Positions 19,206 to 29,716 of a stretch of DNA of 64,000 nucleotides are shown here, in pieces. Position numbers and translations under genes: made by a program. Source of the stretch: an uncultured Gemmatimonadales bacterium (lineage in GTDB: Bacteria > Gemmatimonadota > Gemmatimonadetes > Gemmatimonadales > GWC2-71-9). Numbering within the stretch: position 1 is the first letter of the stretch; the number at the start of each line of letters is the position of its first letter. The stretch is taken from assembly GCA_963730185.1 (NCBI GenBank), contig CAVSQW010000013.1, positions 32,001 through 96,000 of the forward strand. The letters run 5' to 3'. The notes below the pieces were generated by a model, which worked only from the letters and a program-made list of their open reading frames with translations, was not told where the DNA came from and made no database searches.

Positions 19206-20293
19206 TCCGTCGTCCGAGGCTCTGGGGCCTGGCGGCGCTGGCGCTGGCCGTCGCCGCCGGCTGCGGCGGCGAGAGCCGGTCGCGCCGGGCGGAGTCGGTG
19301 CCGGAAGAGGCGCTGCCGATCGCGGCCGATACCATCCTGGTTCCCTACGCCGGCAGTCTGGTGGCGGCCTGGCTGGACGGTCGGCGGTGGCTCATCGTGG
19401 CGGCCGAGAACGACGCGGCCGTCATCGCCAACTTTGCGACGAAGTCGGTGAGTCCGGTGGGCGGCCCCAGGAACCAGCGGATCAGCAAGCCCTTCTCCGG
19501 CTTCGCGGTGGCCGACACGGCCTATGTGGCCGACTGGGCCAAGCACCGGCTCACGGTGTGGGGGCCCGACGGTGCGCTGGTCGACACCATCCCGGCCCCG
19601 GCGGGCACCCGGGGCACGCTGCCCGAGGCGCGCGACGCCGCCGGGCAGCTCTACTACGAGGTCCCGCCGATCGCCGGCCCGAACGGGGCCGGCAGTCTCG
19701 ACTCGATCTCGATCGTCCGCTCCGACCCGGCCCAGACCCGGTTCGACACCGTTGCGCGCCTCGCCCCCCTCAAGCTGTCGGAGGTCCAGCGGAACAGCGG
19801 CAGGCGCTACGAGCGGCTGGTGTTCAGCGGTAACGACTGGTGGGGCGTCCGGCCCGACGGCCGGGTCTGGATCGCGCGGGTCAATCAGAACCAGGTGAAC
19901 ACCATCGTCGACGGCAAGCAGGTCAAGGGTGAGGATCTGCCTGATCCGGTCTACGAGGTACGGGCCTCGGACCGTCAGGCGTTCATCAACTCGTTTCCGG
20001 AGGAGATGCGGTCCAACGTGACGGACCTCCCGTTCGCGCTGGTCAAGCCACCGTTCGAGCGGGCATTGGCCGATCCGGCCGGGAACGTCTGGCTCGAAAA
20101 GTCACGGGTCTATGGCGACTCGCTCCGGCGCTACCAGGTGGTGGACACGAGCGGGACGCTGGCGAGGGTCTTCACCTCTGTGGGGAACGGCGTGATCATC
20201 GCCGCCGGCCGGGCCGCGCTGCTGATGGTGGAGCAGTACCACGACGGGATCCGCCTGATGGAGATCCGAATCCCCGAGCAACAGGAGCGGTGA
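19202..20293 (+). CDS. Lipoprotein of unknown function (possible beta-propeller)
   Basis: GTGA overlap with the previous gene; lipobox AAGC; beta-rich sequence. Confidence 0.7.
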   Translation: MIRRPRLWGLAALALAVAAGCGGESRSRRAESVPEEALPIAADTILVPYAGSLVAAWLDGRRWLIVAAENDAAVIANFATKSVSPVGGPRNQRISKPFSGFAVADTAYVADWAKHRLTVWGPDGALVDTIPAPAGTRGTLPEARDAAGQLYYEVPPIAGPNGAGSLDSISIVRSDPAQTRFDTVARLAPLKLSEVQRNSGRRYERLVFSGNDWWGVRPDGRVWIARVNQNQVNTIVDGKQVKGEDLPDPVYEVRASDRQAFINSFPEEMRSNVTDLPFALVKPPFERALADPAGNVWLEKSRVYGDSLRRYQVVDTSGTLARVFTSVGNGVIIAAGRAALLMVEQYHDGIRLMEIRIPEQQER

Positions 20294-20405
20294 GGGAGTA
20301 GCGGTGAGGGAGTAGTGATCGGGGGCCTCCAAGTCCCCACTCTCCACTCACTCCCTAGTCCCCGCTCCCTAGTCCCTACTCCCTAGCCCCACTCCCTAGC
20401 CCAAC
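20285..20405. repeat. Heptamer array A (G-rich arm then C-rich arm)
   Basis: gagcggt gagggag tagcggt gagggag tagtgat ... tccctag tccccgc tccctag tccctac tccctag. Lies between convergent genes. Confidence 0.85.
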
Positions 20406-20409
20406 CTGC

Positions 20410-21195
20410 TCACGAATCCCCAAGCTCCCGCAGCCAGACGTTCCGGTACCGCACCCGCTTTCCGTGGTCCTGCAGGGCCAGGGGGAGCCGGTCGGGATGG
20501 GGATGATAGGTGGCCTTGCGGCCGTTGACGGTCTGGCCGGTGATGACGACGTCGTCCTGGATCAGCACCCCGTTCTGGAAAACCGTAACCCGGGCCGGCT
20601 GGGCCACCGAGCTGTCGGGGTTGAAGCGAGGGCGGTGGAAGACGATGTCGTAGCTTTGCCATTGGCCCGGCGGGAGACAGGCGTTGACCAGGGGCGGCGT
20701 CTGTCCGTACACGGCGCCGGCCTGTCCATCGGGGTAGGTGTCGTTCCGGTAGGAGTCCAGAACCTGGATCTCGTAGCTCCCCATCAGAAAGACCCCGCTG
20801 TTGCCCCGCTCCTGGCCCTCGCCCTCCGCGGGGGTCGGGGTGGCCCACTCGAGGTGGAGCTGGACGCTGCCGAACGTCTGCTTGGTCTCGATCGACCCGG
20901 TGCCCGGGGCGACCTCGAAATAGCCCCGGTCGACCTTCCAGAGCGCCGGGAGGTCGTTGCCCTGGCCCTGCCAGGCCGCGAGCGACGTGCCGTCGAAGAG
21001 CACCACGGCGTCGGCCGGGGGAGGGGTCGTGACCGGTCCCTTCACGATCACCCCCCGGGGCCGGGGGCGCTCCATCGAGTGGACGGGCCACTCCTCGGGT
21101 TGCTGGGCCACGGCGGTCTCCACGAGAACGGTACCGAAAACGGCAATCCCGAGCCCGCTCAGGGCGAGCGAGCCGAGCGTCTTGATCATGGTCAT
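20410..21195 (-). CDS. DUF1080 / 3-keto-disaccharide hydrolase family protein
   Basis: 'PPPADAVVLFDG', 'LHLEW', 'GNSGVFL', 'YEIQVLDS', 'GQWQSYDI', 'LQDHG..VRYRNVW'. AGGAG RBS upstream. Confidence 0.88.
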   Translation of the reverse strand: MTMIKTLGSLALSGLGIAVFGTVLVETAVAQQPEEWPVHSMERPRPRGVIVKGPVTTPPPADAVVLFDGTSLAAWQGQGNDLPALWKVDRGYFEVAPGTGSIETKQTFGSVQLHLEWATPTPAEGEGQERGNSGVFLMGSYEIQVLDSYRNDTYPDGQAGAVYGQTPPLVNACLPPGQWQSYDIVFHRPRFNPDSSVAQPARVTVFQNGVLIQDDVVITGQTVNGRKATYHPHPDRLPLALQDHGKRVRYRNVWLRELGDS

Positions 21196-21353
21196 GGGTG
21201 GACTCCTATTTCCGAATGCTAGCCCGAGGCGGGGGCACGAGCCAGGATGCGCGGGGCCGCCGGGCGGGGCCCCTGGCTTGATGGAAGGTGGGGCGGGGAG
21301 GTAAGCTCCTCTCTCACCCCCCAACGCGATTTTCGTCGATTTTGGAGAGCCCG

Positions 21354-21812
21354 ATGCCCACCATCTCGGTCAACGGCCAGTCACGGGAAGTCAGCGCTGA
21401 TCCCGCCATGCCCCTCCTCTGGGTGCTCCGGGACGTACTCGGCATGACCGGTACCAAGTACGGTTGCGGAATCGCCCAGTGCGGCGCCTGTACGGTTCAT
21501 CTCGACGGCGAGGCCGTCCGCTCCTGCCAGACTCCCCTGGGCACCGTCGGCGACAAGAAGGTCACGACCATCGAAGGCCTCTCGGACAAGGGCCAGCACC
21601 CGGTTCAGCAGGCCTGGGTCGAGGGCCAGGTGCCCCAGTGCGGCTACTGCCAGAGTGGCCAGATCATGTCGGCCGCCGCGCTGCTCGCCAAGAAGCCCGA
21701 CCCCACCGATCAGGACATCGACCAGTTCATGGCCGGCAACATCTGTCGGTGCGGGACCTATCAACGCATCCGAGCCGCGATCCACCGGGCGGCCGAGTTG
21801 GGGAGGAGCTGA
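21354..21812 (+). CDS. iorA: (2Fe-2S)-binding small subunit, isoquinoline 1-oxidoreductase/aldehyde oxidoreductase type
   Basis: '[16 protein letters not shown]', 'QCGYCQSG', 'GNICRCGTY'. Confidence 0.88.
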   Translation: MPTISVNGQSREVSADPAMPLLWVLRDVLGMTGTKYGCGIAQCGACTVHLDGEAVRSCQTPLGTVGDKKVTTIEGLSDKGQHPVQQAWVEGQVPQCGYCQSGQIMSAAALLAKKPDPTDQDIDQFMAGNICRCGTYQRIRAAIHRAAELGRS

Positions 21813-21815
21813 GCC

Positions 21816-23960
21816 ATGACTCCGGTTACTCGGCGTGACTTCATCCGGACCGGCCTGGCGGTCGGCGGCGGGCTGCTGGTCGCGGTCTACGGCTGCGGCC
21901 CGCGCGGCGAACGGGCGGCCGGCGCCGCTTCGGGACCGGCCTTCGAGCCGAACGCCTTCGTCCGGATCGGCCCGGACGGATCGGTGACGGTGGTTGCGAA
22001 GCACCTGGAGATGGGCCAGGGGACGTATACGGGGCTGGCCACGATCGTGGCGGAGGAGCTCGACGCCGACTGGGGCAAGGTGAAGGTGGTCGGCGCCCCG
22101 GCGGATGCCGCCAAGTACGGGAACTCCGTGTTCGGCGGAATGCAGGGCACCGGTGGGTCGAGCGCGATAGCCAACTCGTGGGATCAGCACCGGAAGGCCG
22201 GCGCCGTCGCCCGGGCGATGCTGATCGCGGCCGCCGCCAAGGAGTGGGGCGTGGGCGCGGACGAGCTCTCAACCGAGCCGGGCGTCGTGGTGCATGCCAA
22301 GTCCAAGCGCCGGGCCGACTACGGCACCCTGGCGGCCACCGCCGCGACCCTCACCGCGCCCGAGGACGTGCCCCTCAAGGACCCGAAGGACTTCCGGCTG
22401 ATCGGGAAGACCGGTCCGACGCCCCGGAAGGACGTGCAGGAAAAGGCCACCGGTACGGCCCGCTTCACCCAGGACGTGCAGATGCCGGGCCTGCTGACCG
22501 CGGTGGTGGCTCACGCGCCCCGCTATGGCGCCAAGGTCAAGTCGTTCGACGCCACCAAGGCGAAGGCGGTCACCGGGGTCGTCGACGTGGTGGAGATTCC
22601 CACCGGCATCGCCGTGCTGGCGGAGAACTACTGGGCGGCCACCGAGGGTCGGAAGGCGCTCACGGTGGAGTGGGACGAGAGCCAGGCGATGAAGGAGAGC
22701 ACCGCCGACATCATGCGCGAGCTCGAGTCGCTGGCCGCCAAGCCGGGCACCGAGATCCGAAAGGAAGGCAACGCCGAGAAAGCGCTGGCCGGCGCGGCCA
22801 AGGTGGTCGAAGCCACCTACGAGGTCCCCTTCCTGGCCCACGCCGCGATGGAGCCGATGAACTGCGTCGTCCAGCTCGGCGCCGATTCGTGCGAGATCTG
22901 GAACGGCGAGCAGTTCCAGACCCCCGACCAGGCCGCCGTCGCCCAGCTGCTCGGCTTCAAGCCCGAGCAGGTCAAGCTCAACATGCTCTACGCCGGCGGC
23001 AGCTTCGGCCGACGGGCCAATCCGCATGGTGACTACGTGGTCGAGGCGGTGACCATCGCCAAGGCGATCGGCGGCAAAGCCCCGGTCAAGATGGTCTGGA
23101 GCCGCGAGGACGACATGCAGGCGGGTTACTTCCGCCCCGCCTTCCTCCACCGGATCAAGGGCGGGCTCGACGCCTCGGGAAATCCGGTCGCGTGGTGGCA
23201 CCGGATCGTCGGGCAATCGATCCTGGCCGGCAGCGTCATGGCCCCGCCCGACGGCAAGGATCCCAGCTCGTTCGAGGGCGCCGCCGATCATCCCTATCCG
23301 GTCGCCAACGTGTATTTCGATCTCCACTCTCCGACCTTCAAGGTCCCGGTCCAGTGGTGGCGGTCGGTCGGGAACACCCACACGGCGTTCGCGGTGGAGT
23401 CGTTCGTCGACGAGCTGGCCCACGCCGCCGGCAAGGACCCGCTCGCCTTCCGGCAGGCCCTCCTGGCCAAGGATCCCCGGCGGCTGGCGGTGCTCAATCT
23501 GGCGGCCGAGAAAGCGGGCTGGGGCACCAATCTTCCGGCCGGCCGAGCCCGCGGCCTGGCGGTCCACAAGTCGTTCAGCTCGTATGTCGCCGAGGTGGCC
23601 GAGGTCTCGCTTCAGAACGGCAAGCCCAGGGTGCACCGGGTGGTGTGCGTGGTCGACTGCGGGATCGTCGTGAATCCCGACGTGGTCAAGGCTCAGATGG
23701 AAGGCGGGATCGCCTACGGTCTCTCGGCCGTCCTATTCGGGTCTAGCGATCTGGACCGGGGCCACGTGATCCAGACCAACTTCGACAAGTACCGGGTCCT
23801 CCGGATCAACGAGATGCCCGAGATCGAGGTGCATCTGGTCGAGTCGACCGAGGCCCCGACCGGCGTGGGCGAGCCCGGTGTGCCGCCGATCGGCCCGGCC
23901 GTGGCCAACGCCCTGTTCGCGTTGACCGGGAAGCCCGTCCGGAAATTCCCGTTGGTGTGA
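21816..23960 (+). CDS. iorB: Molybdopterin-binding large subunit (IorB-like), Tat-exported
   Basis: TRRDF Tat motif; 'EMGQG', 'TGGS', 'AHAAMEP', 'GGSFGRR', 'WWRSV', 'QMEGG', 'GVGEPG'. Confidence 0.88.
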   Translation: MTPVTRRDFIRTGLAVGGGLLVAVYGCGPRGERAAGAASGPAFEPNAFVRIGPDGSVTVVAKHLEMGQGTYTGLATIVAEELDADWGKVKVVGAPADAAKYGNSVFGGMQGTGGSSAIANSWDQHRKAGAVARAMLIAAAAKEWGVGADELSTEPGVVVHAKSKRRADYGTLAATAATLTAPEDVPLKDPKDFRLIGKTGPTPRKDVQEKATGTARFTQDVQMPGLLTAVVAHAPRYGAKVKSFDATKAKAVTGVVDVVEIPTGIAVLAENYWAATEGRKALTVEWDESQAMKESTADIMRELESLAAKPGTEIRKEGNAEKALAGAAKVVEATYEVPFLAHAAMEPMNCVVQLGADSCEIWNGEQFQTPDQAAVAQLLGFKPEQVKLNMLYAGGSFGRRANPHGDYVVEAVTIAKAIGGKAPVKMVWSREDDMQAGYFRPAFLHRIKGGLDASGNPVAWWHRIVGQSILAGSVMAPPDGKDPSSFEGAADHPYPVANVYFDLHSPTFKVPVQWWRSVGNTHTAFAVESFVDELAHAAGKDPLAFRQALLAKDPRRLAVLNLAAEKAGWGTNLPAGRARGLAVHKSFSSYVAEVAEVSLQNGKPRVHRVVCVVDCGIVVNPDVVKAQMEGGIAYGLSAVLFGSSDLDRGHVIQTNFDKYRVLRINEMPEIEVHLVESTEAPTGVGEPGVPPIGPAVANALFALTGKPVRKFPLV

Positions 23961-23964
23961 TCGT

Positions 23965-24099
23965 GGCCAGTAGGGTTGTGAGTGGTGATTCGGGAGTGGT
24001 GACTAGGGAGGGAGTAGGGAGTTGGCGGTAGGGGGTGTTCCCCCCAATCACCACTCCCCACTCCCTCCCTAGTCACAAGTCACAACTCACAAATCACTA
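23965..24099. repeat. Heptamer array B forming a long imperfect inverted repeat
   Basis: gtgactagggagggagt (23999-24015) pairs perfectly with actccctccctagtcac (24060-24076). Flanked by 7-mers (gtggtga; tcacaag tcacaac tcacaaa). Lies between convergent genes. Confidence 0.88.
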
Positions 24100-25376
24100 C
24101 TTCACTATCAAGTTCTCCAACACCTCTTTCGCTTCATCCCCTCCCACCGCGGCCAGCCGTCGGAGCGCGGTCTTCCGGAGCGCGGGATCGGTGTCGGCTT
24201 GCGCGATGCTCTGGATCTTGGCGAGCGAGGCGCGATCGCCGATCCGAGCCAGGGTCTCGATGATCGCCTGGCGCACCCGCCGATCCGTCACCCGGTCGTA
24301 CAGCTCCACCATCTGATCCGAGCTCGCCCCCGCCCGCTCGGCTGCGCGGACGGCCCGGGCCCGGTCGGTGCCGGGCTCGCTCTCGTTGCTCACCAGGGCC
24401 AGGAGCCAGCGGGCGTTCTCGCCGCCGCCGGTGTTGGCGATCACGTCGAGCACGGCGCCGCGGGCCTGGCTCTCGAGTCCCGGCCAGAGCTCCCGCAGGG
24501 CCTCGACGTCGCTCGGCGACGCGTCGCGATCGCCCAGGGACCGGATGGCTTGGACCCTGATCGGAATCGGCAGGTCGGTCTTGGCGGCCGCGCGCCGGAG
24601 CACCGCCCGGGCGCCGGGGTCGTCGCTCCGGCCGAGCCCCGCCAGCGCGGCCTTGGCGATCGCCGGCTCGTCGGCATCGGCGAGCGCCACCAACTCGGGC
24701 ACCGGCCGGCCGACGGTTCGGGAGAGCGAGCTCACGGCCCGGGTCCGGACCGAAATCGGCGTCTCGCGGTTCTGGGCCACCCGGGCCAGGGCCCGACCGA
24801 TCTCTCCGGCGTCGGCGGGGTCGGCCACCGAGATTTCGCGCCCCAGCCAGGATGCGGCCGATTCCCGGAGCCCGCGCGACACCTTGGCGTTGTTCACGAT
24901 CTCGAGCAGACCCCGCCAAGTGGGCGCGCTGTCGGCGACGACGGCGGCCAGAAGGGCTTCCCGGCCGGCCCGGCCATCGAGCCGGACCGCCAGATCGAGG
25001 AAGGCGCGGGCGGCGTCGCCGGCGGGCACCGCTCCCAGATCCTGAGTGCCGGGCGGGAGCGTGGCGCCGGCCGTTCCACCCGAATCGCGACGATCCGGCC
25101 GTCGGCCCGGGTGATCAGCGCCGCCGCCGGCAGGCGCTCGCAGGACCCGTCACCCACTCCGCTGTTCCGGCTGTAGGACCACTCCGTATCACCGAACCAG
25201 GTCGAACTTCCGATCCGGAGCAGGGTGGCGCTGCCGCACACGTCGGCCCGGGCAGCGAAGGTCACGGCGACCCGGCCGTCGGGTCCGCTTTCGAGGCGCC
25301 GGTTCAGGCCCTGGGCGTCGACCGATTCGGCGCAGGCGGCCAGGAAGAGGCAGGTGACGAGACCGAGATAACGCAT
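24097..25376 (-). CDS. HEAT-repeat exported protein, split by one frameshift near 25060
   Basis: The N-terminus MRYLGLVTCLFLAAC... continues into ...TLPPGTQDLGAVPAGDAARAF in another frame. HEAT-like repeats follow. Confidence 0.75.
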
Positions 25377-25378
25377 GC

Positions 25379-27088
25379 TCACTTCTCCACGAGCTCGAGG
25401 AGCAGCTTGGTGGTCCGAGGGTCCTTCTTCCGGGCCAGGGCGCTGATGGCCCGCCGACGAATCGACGGGTCGGTGTCGTGTCGGGCGATGTCGAGCAGCT
25501 TGTCGGTCGCCTCGGGCTCGGAACGCGCCCCCAGGATCTGGACCATCGTCGACCGGAGCTCCCGGTCGGTCAGGGTGTCGTACAGCTTGGCCAGCTCGGC
25601 CACGCTCACGTCGGCGCGCTGGAGCCGGCTGAGCGCGGCGGAGCGGAGGCGGGCGTCCTCGGACGGATCGCGGGCCAGGTTCATGAGCCAGGCGTCGCCC
25701 GCGTTGCCCCCGTACTGGGCCATGACCTGGACGATCGCGAGCTTGACCGACCGCGACTGGACCCGCCCGTAGAGCCCCCGGAGATAAGTGGCGTCGTCGT
25801 CGGCCAGCGACGGCCCCTCCCGCCGCCGAGTGACCACCGATGCGTTCTGGCTGCCGCTCGCGACCACCGCGAATGGCATCCACCCGCCACGGGTCAGGCT
25901 CCGGATGGCGCCCACCCGGACCCGCTCGGAGAGGTCCTCGCGCTCGATGATCCGGCGGAGCTCGCGACGAGCGGCCGGGTCCTCGCTCCGACGGAGGCCG
26001 TCCACGACGGCCAGCTGGGTGTTCTCGTCGCTCGACGAGGCCATCAGCTGGGTCAGGATGCTCACCTGGCGATCGCCGGGGAGCTGTCCCAGGCGGGTGA
26101 TCGCGTCGCTCCGGACCCGGGCGCTGGGGTCGTTCTTGGCCGCGTCGAGGAGGGCGTCCGCGGCGTCCGAGTCTCCCGCCTTCCCGAGCAAGTAGACAGC
26201 CCGCCGCCGGAGGGGCTCGGTGCACTCGTCGCGATCGGCGAGCACTCGCTTGATGACCCCGGAGACGCTGCCGGGATCGGTGCCCGCCAGAGCACTCAAG
26301 GCCTCGGCCCGGACTTCCATCTCTTCGCGGTCGCAGGGCTTGTCGCCCTGGTCCGCACCCTGCCGGAGCCGACGGACCGCGTCGGTGTCGCCGCGGGCGG
26401 CCAGGGCACCCATCACCCGGGTGAACAGGACCCGGACGTCGGCGTCGTCCCCGGCCTCGGGGAAGCGCCGGCGCTGTTCGTCCAGCACCTTGACCGCGGC
26501 GCGAAGGTCGTCCTCACGTCCGGCCCGGTAGCGGGCGAAGGCGCGCCAGTACATCGACGCCGCCACGTATCGCGATGAGGGGTTGGCGGTCTCGAACTGG
26601 GTGAAGAGCTCGGCCGCGCGATGGTACTCACCTCGATTGAGGGCCTCCCGCGCCATCCGGTACAGGCTGTCCTCCGGCGCCCCGCGGGCGAAGGCCGGGA
26701 CCCGATCGGCGCTCCGCCCGTCCCAGTTGACGGATTCCAGGGTCGACCGCAGGGGCTCGCCCGCGACGATCAGCGGCGCCTCGTCGAACGAGAAGTCGAG
26801 CGGCTCGGGGGCGAGTGGCGGCTCCGGCGGGAAGGGCACCGACACCGCGAAGGAGCGATCGAAGGCGAGCGGGGCCTCCATGGGGAACGGGACGTCGAGG
26901 TCGAGCGGCTCGCTGGTGATGAAGAGCGGCTCCAGGGACCAGACGTCGGGTGATGGTGGCGCGGGCGCCGGGGCCGGCGTCACGGCGGGCCGGGGCGTTG
27001 CCGGGCGCCGGGCGGGCCGGGCCGGACGCTGGGCTGCGAGCGGCGCCAACGGTACGACGGTGAGCAGCAGCAGGAGGTGAGGCTTCAT
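25379..27088 (-). CDS. Secreted Pro-rich / TPR-like / HEAT-repeat protein
   Basis: Signal peptide, Pro-rich linker, TPR-like 'YRMAREALNRGEY...YWRAFA', HEAT repeats ('DPSARVRSDAI', 'DPSIRRRAISAL'). Confidence 0.8.
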   Translation of the reverse strand: MKPHLLLLLTVVPLAPLAAQRPARPARRPATPRPAVTPAPAPAPPSPDVWSLEPLFITSEPLDLDVPFPMEAPLAFDRSFAVSVPFPPEPPLAPEPLDFSFDEAPLIVAGEPLRSTLESVNWDGRSADRVPAFARGAPEDSLYRMAREALNRGEYHRAAELFTQFETANPSSRYVAASMYWRAFARYRAGREDDLRAAVKVLDEQRRRFPEAGDDADVRVLFTRVMGALAARGDTDAVRRLRQGADQGDKPCDREEMEVRAEALSALAGTDPGSVSGVIKRVLADRDECTEPLRRRAVYLLGKAGDSDAADALLDAAKNDPSARVRSDAITRLGQLPGDRQVSILTQLMASSSDENTQLAVVDGLRRSEDPAARRELRRIIEREDLSERVRVGAIRSLTRGGWMPFAVVASGSQNASVVTRRREGPSLADDDATYLRGLYGRVQSRSVKLAIVQVMAQYGGNAGDAWLMNLARDPSEDARLRSAALSRLQRADVSVAELAKLYDTLTDRELRSTMVQILGARSEPEATDKLLDIARHDTDPSIRRRAISALARKKDPRTTKLLLELVEK

Positions 27089-27096
27089 GGCGACCT

Positions 27097-27738
27097 CTAT
27101 CGGGTGACGCCGCGGGTATCCGCGAGCAACAGCGTGAGGCGAGGCAGCACGTCGCGCTGAACGAGCGCTTCGCTGACGAAGCGGTTGTCGGCGGCGGGCC
27201 GGGTCCTGGGCATCCGGGCGACCTGAGCCAGCACCAGCTCCAGATCCTCCAGCAGATCGTGCAGGGCAGGCTGGTCCACGCCGGCATCGAGCAGCAGCCG
27301 AGTGGTCGAGAGGAGGTCGCGGGCCCGGTCACGAATGCCCGGGGTGATCGGATCGGTGTGGTGGTCGCCCGCCACCGCGACCAGGAGCGCCGTGGTCTGT
27401 TCCAGGTAGTCGCCGGCGACCCCTACGAACGGATCGGGTGCCGGATCCTCGGCCGGAGGTGGCGCGGCCAGCGCCTGCTCCACGGCCGGTGCGGCCGCGC
27501 CCGGCGCCGGGGCTGCCGGGGCCGCGAGGCGGGCGCCCCCGTAGCCCAGGGCCACCCCGAGCACGAGCATGGCGGCCAGCGCCATCGGGAGGGCCCAGCG
27601 GCGCCGGGCGGCTTGGAGGGCCACCGGGCCGAAGACTCGGGTCTCGACCCGACTCCAGATCCGCTCCAGCGGTGGGTCGGGCAGGCGCTCGCTTCGCGCG
27701 GCCGCCCGCAACAGGGATTCGAGATCAGGTTCGTTCAT
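27097..27738 (-). CDS. Putative anti-sigma factor (single TM)
   Basis: Directly downstream of the ECF sigma. Short N-terminal domain 'RIWSRVE', TM 'WALPMALAAMLVLGVALG', C-terminal 'LLEDLELVLAQV'. Confidence 0.6.
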   Translation of the reverse strand: MNEPDLESLLRAAARSERLPDPPLERIWSRVETRVFGPVALQAARRRWALPMALAAMLVLGVALGYGGARLAAPAAPAPGAAAPAVEQALAAPPPAEDPAPDPFVGVAGDYLEQTTALLVAVAGDHHTDPITPGIRDRARDLLSTTRLLLDAGVDQPALHDLLEDLELVLAQVARMPRTRPAADNRFVSEALVQRDVLPRLTLLLADTRGVTR

Positions 27739-27751
27739 GAGACCAGCTCCG

Positions 27752-28291
27752 TCAGGGAGCGTGAGCGGCCAGCGCCTCGCGGAGCTGCGCCCGCGCCCGC
27801 ATCAGCCGCGACTTGCAGGTGCCCTCGGGGACTCCGATCATCTGCGAGATCTCGGCGTGGGTGAATCCCTCGAGGTCGAACAGCACCACCGGGACGCGGT
27901 ACATCTCCGGGAGCGCCTCGATCGCGGCCCGGATCCGATCCTCGAGGTCCGGCTCCGGCTGTCGGGCCGGCGCCGGCAGGGCTTCGATCGCCTCCAGCGC
28001 CAGCTCCCGCTCGGCCCGGCGCCGCCTGGTACGGAGTCCGTTCAGGGCCATGGTGACCGCGATCCGATGAATCCACGTGCTCAACCTCGATTCGCCGCGG
28101 AACGTCGTCAGGCGAGTGAACACCTTGACGAACGTGTCCTGGGTGTATTCCTCGGCGAGCACCTCGTCCCGCGCGAGCCGGAAGACCACCCGGTAGACTC
28201 GAGGGGCGTGGGCGTCGTACAGCTCGCGGGCGGCCAAGCGATCGCCAGCGAGGACTCGTGCGATCAGCGCGCGCTCCTCGGGTGCTTCCAT
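27752..28291 (-). CDS. ECF RNA polymerase sigma factor
   Basis: Region 2 'AEEYTQDTFVK...FRGESRLSTWIHRIA'; region 4 'EGFTHAEI...GTCKSRLMRAR'. ATG at 28291 with GGAG RBS. Confidence 0.92.
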   Translation of the reverse strand: MEAPEERALIARVLAGDRLAARELYDAHAPRVYRVVFRLARDEVLAEEYTQDTFVKVFTRLTTFRGESRLSTWIHRIAVTMALNGLRTRRRRAERELALEAIEALPAPARQPEPDLEDRIRAAIEALPEMYRVPVVLFDLEGFTHAEISQMIGVPEGTCKSRLMRARAQLREALAAHAP

Positions 28292-28316
28292 ATCCGACTC
28301 CGGAATCGGCACTGGG

Positions 28317-28345
28317 TTAGACACCGGAGGCCCCGGGGCGGTTCA
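28317..28345 (-). promoter_or_regulatory. Putative autoregulatory ECF promoter TGAACC-N17-GTCTAA
   Basis: Minus strand reads tgaacc (28345-28340), 17 nt, gtctaa (28322-28317), 25 nt upstream of the ECF start codon. Confidence 0.55.
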
Positions 28346-28580
28346 CCCCGCAGGCACCGACGGTTGGTATGGCGGAGGAGGATCGATCCGGGGCCGGGGG
28401 CGCGGGCCGCGGGGGAGCCCGTGGAGGGCGCGGACACCGGAGTGGTGGACCCGAGGCGTCGGCCCCAGGTCGGTCGGCGGCGCCCACCCGGTCGGCGGGC
28501 AGCAGATCGACCGACGGGCCGTGCAGGGCTCTTCCCAGCCGGTCAGCTCGAGGTCAGGGACCTCCTCGCGGGCGACTATC

Positions 28581-28994
28581 TCACAGGTGGACGGTCCAGG
28601 CCCGTTGGATCAAGCCGTGCTTGATCTCGTACATCCACACGGCGTGGGCTCGCTGTCCGGGGGGCGCGTCCCACCGCTCGTAGTCGAGCACGAAGGCGCC
28701 GTCGACCACCCGGGGCTCGACCCGGACCGGCGGCGCGTCGGCCGTCCGCGATCGCAGCATTCCGGCGTAGCGCTCCCGGATGGCCGCCTTCCCGGCCGCG
28801 ATCACGTTGCCCGAGGGGAACTCGAGCACCACCGCGTCGTCGGCGTACAGGGTCATGAAGGCATCGAGGTCGCGGCGGTTGAACGCGTCGATCTGGCGCT
28901 CGGCCACCCGGAGGGAAACCGAGTCGGCGGTCTGGGCCCGGGCCGCCGCCGGCGCCAAGACCGCCGCCGCGAGCGCCCATCGGATCACGCTCAT
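28581..28994 (-). CDS. SnoaL-like/NTF2 family secreted protein
   Basis: 'RQIDAFNRRDLDAFMTLYADDA', 'GKAAIRERY', 'VLDYE'; signal peptide. Confidence 0.8.
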   Translation of the reverse strand: MSVIRWALAAAVLAPAAARAQTADSVSLRVAERQIDAFNRRDLDAFMTLYADDAVVLEFPSGNVIAAGKAAIRERYAGMLRSRTADAPPVRVEPRVVDGAFVLDYERWDAPPGQRAHAVWMYEIKHGLIQRAWTVHL

Positions 28995-29716
28995 GGGGTG
29001 CGCTCCGGTTCGGCCGGCGAAACAACCTCAGGTGGTGCCGTCGCGCGCCGCCGGCGGGCCCCGAGCCGACCCTCCTCGTACCAGCGCCGGGTGATCTCGC
29101 CGGCGAGCTCCCGGTTGCCGAGTCCGAAGGCGAGGCCCACCGCCAGCCCGATCGCGCCCAGGATGACGGTGAAGGTGGCGGTGACGATCTCGGCCGCCAC
29201 CCCGAGCTGCTGCATCGCCATGAACACGGCGATCAGCACCACCGTGGCTTTGGCGACCTTGGCGAGGGTAGGCACACCCTCGACCCGTCCGGCGGAGGCG
29301 AGTACCAGCCCGCGGACGAACTCGCCCACGATCATCCCGAGGATCACGATCGCGATCGCCGCGATGAGGGTCGGGATGTAGGAGAGCATCGTCCCGAACA
29401 TCTCGTTGATGCTCTCGAGGCCGAGGGCGGCGCTGGCCAGGAGGATCGCCACCAGCATCACCAGCCAGAAGAGCAGCTTACCGACCGCGTGGACCGGGTC
29501 GAGCCGGGGGCCTACCCGTTCCATGGCCTCCGAGAGTCCGCCGGCCTCCGCCACCTTGTTGAAGTTGAGCCGTTGGAGCAGGGCGTCGGTGGCTCGCTCG
29601 ATCTGGCGAGCCAGGACATAGCCGGCGACCAGGATCGCGAGCGCGGCGAGGAAGGCCGGGAGGACGCCGGCCAGCTCACCGAATCCGGCCATGAGCCGGT
29701 CCCAGAGCGAATTCAT
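28991..29716 (-). CDS. Mechanosensitive-channel-related TM-helix protein (CmpX-like)
   Basis: 'LPAFLAALAILVAG', 'YIPTLIAAIAIVILG', 'QQLGVA', 'GLAFGLG.RELA'. Confidence 0.78.
   Translation of the reverse strand: MNSLWDRLMAGFGELAGVLPAFLAALAILVAGYVLARQIERATDALLQRLNFNKVAEAGGLSEAMERVGPRLDPVHAVGKLLFWLVMLVAILLASAALGLESINEMFGTMLSYIPTLIAAIAIVILGMIVGEFVRGLVLASAGRVEGVPTLAKVAKATVVLIAVFMAMQQLGVAAEIVTATFTVILGAIGLAVGLAFGLGNRELAGEITRRWYEEGRLGARRRRATAPPEVVSPAEPERTP

Noticed and set aside
25040..25080. Two separate genes at the HEAT-protein frameshift
   Set aside because: The signal-peptide half and the HEAT half join seamlessly with a one-base correction.
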